DNA of 64,000 bases from Phycisphaerales bacterium (GTDB lineage Bacteria; Planctomycetota; Phycisphaerae; Phycisphaerales; UBA1924), in the NCBI GenBank assembly GCA_029260265.1, contig JAJDDO010000024.1:433458-497457 (forward strand), in the 5' to 3' direction. Under the pieces are notes generated by a model that worked only from the letters and a program-made list of their open reading frames with translations, was not told the origin of the DNA and did no database searches. Both the position numbers and the translations under genes were made by a program. Below are positions 9,876 through 15,766 of this stretch, in pieces (within the stretch, counting starts at the first letter, position 1; each line of letters opens with the position of its first letter).

Positions 9876-10520
9876 ATGAATCACCAGAACGCACTTCTCA
9901 TGCGAGCATTTGTTGGGGTCGGGCTGATCTTCGCGGGTTGGAACTACGGCGTCCGCCCTGCGCACGCCAAGCTCGATGGTTTGAAGCAGAACCGGTCGAG
10001 CCAGACTTCGCTTATCTCACAGGCCGGAACGGACTTTGAAGTCAAGCAGGCGAACACAAACGAGGTTAATCAGATGGTCCACCTCGCAGGGCAGCGCGTC
10101 TTTGATGTCTTCGCCCATGGCGAGAAAGACCAGACGGCGCGAGACCTCATCAAAGACCGAGCCCGAGCATTCTCGGTTGCGGTCAATCGGATCGAACCGC
10201 TTCGGATGACCGAGTTCACCGATGCGCCAGCACGGAGCCGATACAAGAAGAAGACTACCCAAGAGAAGAAGGCTGTCCGCTTTATGGGCGAGGGCATCCG
10301 CGTGGAGTTTGATGGTGCATTCGCCGACATTGCAGGGTTCCTTGCGGACCTCGAGTACAATGTTGAGACCGTGAAGCTTGAGAACTTCCGCATGATCTCT
10401 TCAAGCGAGAACCGAGTCAGAATGATCGCTCAGTTCGTCAACTTTGATCTTATCGAATCACCGATTCAACGCTCAAGCGTTACTGATGCTTCAAACGCAG
10501 CCACCGAGGCCGAGGGATAA
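9876..10520 (+). CDS. PilO/GspM-like protein
   Basis: 214 aa. N-terminal TM (LLMRAFVGVGLIFAGW), a coiled-coil segment, and the C-terminal pattern GIRVEFDGAFADIAGFLADLEY...VKLENFRM typical of PilO. Confidence 0.6.
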   Translation: MNHQNALLMRAFVGVGLIFAGWNYGVRPAHAKLDGLKQNRSSQTSLISQAGTDFEVKQANTNEVNQMVHLAGQRVFDVFAHGEKDQTARDLIKDRARAFSVAVNRIEPLRMTEFTDAPARSRYKKKTTQEKKAVRFMGEGIRVEFDGAFADIAGFLADLEYNVETVKLENFRMISSSENRVRMIAQFVNFDLIESPIQRSSVTDASNAATEAEG

Positions 10521-10523
10521 ACC

Positions 10524-11027
10524 ATGCCAATGAGTAATCGCACAACACAACTGGTGTACTTTGGGGTCCCAACGATCTCGTTCATTGCGATCAGGATGCT
10601 CGCGGGCGGGCCACAGAGCGTGAACGCATCGGACACATTTTCGGCCGAACCAGAACCCGCATTGCCAACGCTGGTGTTTGAAGAAGATCCGAACCTCGAT
10701 CGTGATGCGCAGGATGTCTGTGTTGAAATCCGCGGGCACCTCTCGCCGTTCTGGCATGATGATATCACGCTGGTCGACGAGCCTTACATCGAGTTGCCGA
10801 TTGATTTTGATCCGAACGATCAGGGTGCAGAGCAGGTGTTTGCTGTCTCCTCGATCCTTCCTCACCCAACACGCCCGCTCGCGGTCATCAACGGCAAGCC
10901 ATACAAGATCGGCGACCGCGTCGCCAGCGGTTGGACGCTGACCCTGATAGATGGGGACACTCGCTCGATCGTCATCAAGAACGCCAGCGGGGTAAACAAG
11001 CGGATCTCGATCTCAGATCGGCACTAG
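10524..11027 (+). CDS. GspB/MshK/PilP-like small periplasmic protein
   Basis: 167 aa. N-terminal TM, then C-terminal ...LAVINGKPYKIGDRVASGWTLTLIDGDTRSIVIKNASG. This matches the (A)INGK-x-Y-x-GD...I...V-L module seen in GspB/MshK-type proteins (memory-based). Confidence 0.55.
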   Translation: MPMSNRTTQLVYFGVPTISFIAIRMLAGGPQSVNASDTFSAEPEPALPTLVFEEDPNLDRDAQDVCVEIRGHLSPFWHDDITLVDEPYIELPIDFDPNDQGAEQVFAVSSILPHPTRPLAVINGKPYKIGDRVASGWTLTLIDGDTRSIVIKNASGVNKRISISDRH

Positions 11028-11068
11028 GGTGGAGTTGGATCTGGTCGGGGGCTACGCTTGTGTTCTCA

Positions 11069-11142
11069 GGGCGTATAGCTCAGTTGGCTAGAGCGCTGCC
11101 GTCACATGGCAGAGGTCACAGGTTCAAGTCCCGTTACGCCCA
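11069..11142 (+). tRNA. tRNA-Val (anticodon CAC)
   Basis: Hand-folded cloverleaf of 74 nt. Acceptor GGGCGTA/TACGCCC, D arm GCTC-AGTTGGCTA-GAGC, anticodon arm CTGCC-GTCACAT-GGCAG, T arm ACAGG-TTCAAGT-CCCGT (one A-C mismatch), discriminator A. CCA is not encoded. Confidence 0.85.
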
Positions 11143-11148
11143 TTCATG

Positions 11149-11190
11149 AAAACGCCGCAATCCAAATGGTGAGCGGCGTTTCTTGTTTTT
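11149..11190 (+). terminator. Rho-independent terminator after tRNA-Val
   Basis: AACGCCGC-(14 nt)-GCGGCGTT followed by TCTTGTTTTT. Confidence 0.65.
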
Positions 11191-11278
11191 GATAGGCCGA
11201 GTGGTCTGACAGAGCTTGATCTACCGGGTGCCCTGATTCCATGCAGTTGAAGCAGGCATTCGGTGTTTCGGGTAGGCT

Positions 11279-11599
11279 GTGTTGCTGATGCTCTCTTTGA
11301 TGTCCAACACGATCACGAACACCTATGACTCGCTAGCCCGCAGGGTAGTGGAGAGCGAGGACCTTGGCGGCGATGGGCAGATTGATGCGCAGCTGCAGAA
11401 TGTGTACGGCTGCACTTCGCTGTGGGAGGTGATCGAGCGGATCCAACTCGCGGCCGGGCTGGCGACGAGCGAGCAGCTGCTGACGACGCATGTGTACGGG
11501 CTGGGTATCGATGACGAGGTGAGCTATCGGATCGAGGATGTGGCGTCGCCGGAGGATATCTGGACGCGCCGCGACGATCCTAACTTGAGTTGTGCGTAA
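11279..11599 (+). pseudogene. Fragment of an Rhs/YD-repeat core protein (no toxin tip)
   Basis: 106-aa ORF with a GTG start. NTYDSLARRV (YD repeat), NVYGCTSLWEVIE, HVYGLGIDDEV and IWTRRDDPN resemble degenerate RHS repeat-associated core motifs (YDxxGR, YxYG-GIDEP, YYxHxDxLGS). It is far too short for a functional Rhs. Confidence 0.55.
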
Positions 11600-11689
11600 T
11601 TTTCCGCCAGACCGCGACTGCATGCGACATTTGGCAGAATTTGATGATATGCACTTGACAGCCGCACAGCGATGCATCATGATGCACGC

Positions 11690-12052
11690 ATGGCTGAACG
11701 AGACCGACTTACCGTATCACTGGACCACTCGATCACCGAGCGGGTCGATCGTGTGTCCGAGTGCCGTAACGAATCGAGGGCAGCCACCCTCGAACGCATT
11801 GTCCTCAACGGCATCGACGAAGAGGAAAAGCTCCTTGGTTCGATCGGTAAAGGCGTCGAGGGCCGCATCTTGGCGATGGTGCTCCAGTCGCCCAGGATTC
11901 TCAATGGGCTGGGCAAGTTGCTCAAGGAGGAAGCTGATTTGGAGCTTTTGGAGAAGATCAAGGAAGGCGGGCCGGGCGTCGTGGCAGCTGGCAAGCGTTT
12001 CCGTAACTACAACCGTTCACCAGACAAGGACGGCTCGGAGGAAGCAAAGTAG
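11690..12052 (+). CDS. Ribbon-helix-helix (CopG/Arc-like) DNA-binding protein
   Basis: MAERDRLTVSLDHSITERVDRVSECRNESRAATLERIV shows a beta-strand plus two-helix RHH pattern. The track ORF begins at 11672. It lies directly upstream of the excisionase gene. Confidence 0.6.
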   Translation: MAERDRLTVSLDHSITERVDRVSECRNESRAATLERIVLNGIDEEEKLLGSIGKGVEGRILAMVLQSPRILNGLGKLLKEEADLELLEKIKEGGPGVVAAGKRFRNYNRSPDKDGSEEAK

Positions 12053-12241
12053 ATGCAAGCCACGAAGAAAAACATGCTGAACCTGGACGAGGTCGCCGAG
12101 ATCCTCTGTGTCTCGCGGAGGACTGTTGAAAGATCCATTGCTGATGGCAGGCTCAAGAAAACGAAGATCCGCAACTGCGCCCGGATCATGCGTCAGGAGC
12201 TGGACCGGTACATCAACAATAGTACTGGGCGTGACCAATGA
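12053..12241 (+). CDS. Excisionase-family helix-turn-helix protein
   Basis: 62 aa. MLNLDEVAEILCVSRRTVERSIADGRLKKTKIRNCARIMRQELDRYI matches the MerR-like excisionase/AlpA HTH pattern. 4-nt overlap with the integrase start. Confidence 0.75.
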   Translation: MQATKKNMLNLDEVAEILCVSRRTVERSIADGRLKKTKIRNCARIMRQELDRYINNSTGRDQ

Positions 12242-13656
12242 GGGCCTTTCTCTATCAGCAGAAGCGGCGCGTCGATGGCAGAGTTATCACCGCGAAGACT
12301 TGGTCGGCAGAGATCATGCTCGACGGGGACTTCAAGCCTCAGCGCCTCTCCATGAAGACCAGAGACAGGCGTGTTGCACAGAAGCGGCTCGATGAGCATG
12401 TCGCCAAGCTCGAACGAGAGCATGCCAGATTGCTGATTCCTACGCATCTTGTGGAGGCAGCGACTAAGCCGCTCAACAAACATGCTGAAGACTTTATTGC
12501 CGAGCTGATTGCGACCGGACGCGTCAACGAATACACCCGCCAGATCCGATCAAGGCTCACCCGCATCATGCATGATCTGGCGTGGTCGAACATCTGTGAT
12601 CTCGATGCCGACGAGTTCATTTCATGGCGGCAAGGGCTCACGGTGAAGCCTCGCACGAAGAATCATTTTCTCGATGCGATGCATACCTTTTGTGGCTGGA
12701 TGCTCGATCAACGCAGAATCGAGTTTAACCCATTCGAGCGGGTGAAGCGGGTCAGTTGCCCAAGAGGCAGTTGCGGGAATCCTCGGGCATTCACCGATGA
12801 CGAGGTCCGTCGGCTGCTGGACGCCGCCCCTGATCGCTGTGTGGTCTATCTGCTTGCAGCGACGACCGGGCTTCGTTTCTCTGAACTCCGCCGACTGCAA
12901 TGGGGTGATGTGTCGCTGGACACTGAATCACCTTGTATCCATCTGCGTGCTCAGGCAACCAAGAGCCGCCGTGCCGATACTGTCTGGCTCCACCCGGATG
13001 CCGCTGAGAAACTCCGCGAGTCCTGGCATGGGTCAGATCCAACAGAGCCTGTATTGCCAACGATGCCCAGCGCTCACACGATGAACCGTGATCTGCTGCG
13101 TGCCGGAATCGCCAAGCTCGATCGCCTCGGGCGCTCTGCTTCATTTCATACTTTCCGCCGAACCTTCGTGACCAACATGCACCGGGCCGGGGTCGATCGA
13201 CGCACCGCGATGGCTGTGTCTCGTCACACAAGCTCACGGCTCACTGATGTGATCTACACCGACACCGAGTCGCTCCCGCAGCGTGACGCGATCCAACGCC
13301 TGCCGAGCTATATGAATCAAGACGAGGCGCGCACAGAAATGCGCACAGATGATTTGGACGCAGGTGGTGAATCGGGGTCGGATGGTGTCGCAACCAATCG
13401 GGTGCTGAGCGACATGCAATCGCCTATGAATGAAGCGCCTAGACATGAAAAGACGGGCCCTGTCGCAACTGGACAGAACCCGTCAATCAATGGAGCCGGG
13501 GGGAATCGAACCCCCGTGCCGAGGCAGTCAGCAGGGTGCTTCTACGCGCGTAGTCATTCGTTTGATCTCAGCTTCACACCGGGGAATGACGCCCTGTGTT
13601 TCCGCCCAGCCCCTCGAAACCTCCTTGCCAGCATGCCAACGGGCACCACATACTGA
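12238..13656 (+). CDS. Tyrosine-type site-specific integrase
   Basis: Catalytic residues occur in order: R in TGLRFSELRRL, H-x-x-R in SFHTFRRTF, H in SRHTSS, Y in DVIYTD. About 130 aa follow the catalytic Tyr. The last 166 nt (13491-13656) are antisense to ssrA; the peptide GGNRTPV is the antisense of the tmRNA T-arm. Confidence 0.88.
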   Translation: MRAFLYQQKRRVDGRVITAKTWSAEIMLDGDFKPQRLSMKTRDRRVAQKRLDEHVAKLEREHARLLIPTHLVEAATKPLNKHAEDFIAELIATGRVNEYTRQIRSRLTRIMHDLAWSNICDLDADEFISWRQGLTVKPRTKNHFLDAMHTFCGWMLDQRRIEFNPFERVKRVSCPRGSCGNPRAFTDDEVRRLLDAAPDRCVVYLLAATTGLRFSELRRLQWGDVSLDTESPCIHLRAQATKSRRADTVWLHPDAAEKLRESWHGSDPTEPVLPTMPSAHTMNRDLLRAGIAKLDRLGRSASFHTFRRTFVTNMHRAGVDRRTAMAVSRHTSSRLTDVIYTDTESLPQRDAIQRLPSYMNQDEARTEMRTDDLDAGGESGSDGVATNRVLSDMQSPMNEAPRHEKTGPVATGQNPSINGAGGNRTPVPRQSAGCFYARSHSFDLSFTPGNDALCFRPAPRNLLASMPTGTTY

Positions 13657-13840
13657 CCAGCCCGAAAATCGTGTTTACCCGCCCTATCAGGCGTCAAGCA
13701 GGTAAACCGCTACTTTATCAAGCAGCGAGTGCGTACTGCGGTTTGGCAGATATAAAGGTGCGTACTTTTTACGAGGCTAACACGCTCCTCGGCACGCCAC
13801 ACCAAGCCTTCCCTGTCCGGTCGATAGCCATATCGGCCCC
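13491..13840 (-). ncRNA. ssrA: tmRNA (SsrA), one-piece
   Basis: The minus strand reads 5' GGGGCCGATATGGCTATCGACCGG...GCCTCGTAAAAAGTACGCACCTTTATATCT-GCC AAA CCG CAG TAC GCA CTC GCT GCT TGA TAA...GCACGGGGGTTCGATTCCCCCCGGCTCCA 3'. The acceptor pairing includes G3-U (alanine identity). The tag reading frame gives AKPQYALAA followed by a double stop. Segments collinear with the E. coli tmRNA landmarks are recalled from memory. CCA is not encoded. An extended -10-like TGATATACT lies 10 nt upstream (13851-13859). Confidence 0.9.
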
Positions 13841-13924
13841 TATCGCCCGTAGTATATCAACCAATTCCCCACCGCACCAGTTCTCTTCCACGAGGAATCC
13901 GAGGGACTTCGGTCCGGTATCCGT

Positions 13925-15202
13925 TCAATCAAGCACAAAGTCAATCATTGGTTTCATGGCGATGAATGACGCAGCGAACAAATCCGCTGCCTTCGGCGAT
14001 TGGATCATTGGGCACTCGTAGGAGAAGGTCACTTCGATACCGAGTTGGATGTTGGATCGTTTGTTGATGAGAACTTGGTAAATTGCTTCAGCCCATTGGG
14101 GTTGATATTTCACGCCATCGGAACTTCCAGGAATGATGGTGCGAAGATCCGCTTGAAGCAGGGCACCTTTGATCCCCGCTGATCGTTGGCTCTGGTAATG
14201 ACGCTGAAGAGCGTACACCATGGCCTTGGAACCGAGCGATTTATTCAAAATGGGCCTCAGACGCTTCTCTACAGTGGTTAATGATTCGATGAATCCAGAT
14301 TCTCCAACTCCTTTGAGCTTCGTGCGAAATCCATTGCGTACACCATTGGGTATGGTGGTCGCCGCTGCGGTGTTCTCATTCCGAATCGCCATCGTGAGAT
14401 GCGGATAGTCCGTAAAGTTCTTTGCATTCCGAGCCACCTGCAGTGGCATCATATCCCAAACGCCAGAGCCCGAGCGGCCCGTAATCGCTCCACGCCTTTG
14501 TCCATTCCGATCAACACCCAGGGCACGCAAGTCCTTCCGCTGTTGAAGTTCATCGCCGAGCAGTCTGATGAGCCGTTTGCCCTCGCGGTAGGTGTACGGG
14601 TTCTCTGAACTAAAGCGTAAACCATCAAACATCGTAATTGTCCCTCGTATGGAATAGTCCTCGGCGATCCTCCGCGACTCGAAAATCTCCATATACTCTG
14701 TGAGCGTACGCGCCCAAGGCGAAACATTGGCATGCCTACGAAACCAGGCATAGACACCTCGCCACGCCCGGTGCGTTGTCCCGGCGGGCAGATGCTTTGG
14801 CGGTTCATCAACCGAAAGAAGCAATACATACGGCTGATCAAACTCGTGGCGCTTGGCGGTCGCGATGTGTCGACGGATTTGATCGACACTCACCGGGGAA
14901 TCAACCTTGGATTCAATTAGCAAAGCCCAACTGTTTTCAGAATAAACACACCCGTCAGGAATGCCCTTGCCTTCTTCATCGTCGCCTGAAACGGGTTTGC
15001 CCGGAATCTGCTGCTCTGTGACAAACAGATGCTTCGGACTCGGAATGTCTCTGCACCCTGTCCACTTGAGAAATGGCCTAAGCAATGATCGGTCTGCATC
15101 AAGCGTGCAGATCAATGCGTGCGTGAGCTGGTTTTCTGGCTTGGTGTATTGGTCAAAGACATTGCGCACAGTAGAGAGTGTAGGGATCCGTCGGCTGTTC
15201 AA
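13925..15202 (-). CDS. Orphan PD-(D/E)xK-type nuclease-like protein with large uncharacterised C-terminal region
   Basis: 425 aa with a TTG start and no nearby ATG. The N-terminal ~130 aa carries motifs in this order: ENQLTHAL helix (E23), GIPDG, LLIESKV (ExK), then QIRRH. No motif recognised in the remaining ~290 aa. GC is 45-52% on sampled lines versus ~63% in neighbouring genes. Confidence 0.6.
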   Translation of the reverse strand: MNSRRIPTLSTVRNVFDQYTKPENQLTHALICTLDADRSLLRPFLKWTGCRDIPSPKHLFVTEQQIPGKPVSGDDEEGKGIPDGCVYSENSWALLIESKVDSPVSVDQIRRHIATAKRHEFDQPYVLLLSVDEPPKHLPAGTTHRAWRGVYAWFRRHANVSPWARTLTEYMEIFESRRIAEDYSIRGTITMFDGLRFSSENPYTYREGKRLIRLLGDELQQRKDLRALGVDRNGQRRGAITGRSGSGVWDMMPLQVARNAKNFTDYPHLTMAIRNENTAAATTIPNGVRNGFRTKLKGVGESGFIESLTTVEKRLRPILNKSLGSKAMVYALQRHYQSQRSAGIKGALLQADLRTIIPGSSDGVKYQPQWAEAIYQVLINKRSNIQLGIEVTFSYECPMIQSPKAADLFAASFIAMKPMIDFVLD

Positions 15203-15246
15203 AGCTCGATGTCATCCAAGCTCAGCGTTGGACAATGTGAATGCGT

Positions 15247-15278
15247 GGTAATTTGCGCATGAAGCGCAGGTAATTACC
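15247..15278. promoter_or_regulatory. Nested inverted repeat / perfect 10-bp palindrome upstream of the PD-(D/E)xK gene (candidate operator)
   Basis: GGTAATT-TGCGC-atgaa-GCGCA-gg-TAATTACC. GGTAATTACC (15269-15278) is a perfect palindrome. The repeat lies 45-76 nt upstream of the TTG start. Confidence 0.35.
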
Positions 15279-15444
15279 GGACGGGGGCTCCTGTTGGCTC
15301 CTGATGCGGTAGCCTGTTGCAAGCACGCGACTTACGAATCAAACTGAGGGCTGTTGCAAAATGCCGGATTCGGGCTGCGAATCGAGGCGATGCGCACGAA
15401 AACACCGGACGAGATCGGCGGTGTGATTGCGTGGGTGCGGCTGG

Positions 15445-15487
15445 CGCTTTGCGCCACGCTTTGCGCTTTGCGCCACGCTTTGCGCGG
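15445..15487. repeat. Perfect 19-nt tandem duplication (CGCTTTGCGCCACGCTTTG x2 plus partial third copy)
   Basis: Read directly from the sequence: 15445-15463 equals 15464-15482, followed by CGCGG. It lies in the 312-nt spacer between the nuclease-like gene and the next ORF. Confidence 0.9.
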
Positions 15488-15514
15488 ATGTTCGGGATAT
15501 GTGAGGAGTATGGG

Positions 15515-15766
15515 TCATGATGCGACACACACTCCGTCCACGGCGTTTACAGCTGAGAACCACCACCGGTCGACATCGTTGACCCGAAACGGCCCGTGCA
15601 ACTGGACCACTGGGTTGCCCCGGATCTCTTTGATCTCGAAACTACCGACGAGGTTGGCGGTGTCGACGCCGTTGCCTTGCACGCCGGTCGTCGAGTTGTT
15701 GGCTTCGCTCAGATTGAGCGCGACGCCGTGGGTGTCGCTTGTTCGAGATGCCCCGGCGGAAACCAC
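15515..15766 (-). CDS. Short ORF overlapping the 3' end of the 711-aa gene; possible frameshifted continuation of it
   Basis: 83 aa with a GTG start and no SD. It overlaps 58 nt of the upstream ORF in another frame. The sequence ...NLSEANNSTTGVQGNGVDTANLVGSFEIKEIRGNPVVQLHGPFRVNDVDRWWF looks protein-like. A C/G run (GCCCCGGCGG, about 15750) lies in the overlap. Confidence 0.35.
   Translation of the reverse strand: MVSAGASRTSDTHGVALNLSEANNSTTGVQGNGVDTANLVGSFEIKEIRGNPVVQLHGPFRVNDVDRWWFSAVNAVDGVCVAS

Larger units (their letters stand above)
11143..13490. mobile_element. Remnant or minimal integrative element (Rhs fragment, RHH, excisionase, tyrosine integrase) between tRNA-Val and ssrA 3' ends
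   Basis: The gene content is typical of an integration/excision module, and it lies directly against the 3' ends of two classic integration targets. I found no flanking direct repeat by eye, so the borders are nominal. Confidence 0.6.

Noticed and set aside
13430-14021. Track ORFs 13430-13705 and 13596-14021 (+)
   Set aside because: They lie across the tmRNA gene. The region is explained by ssrA on the minus strand.
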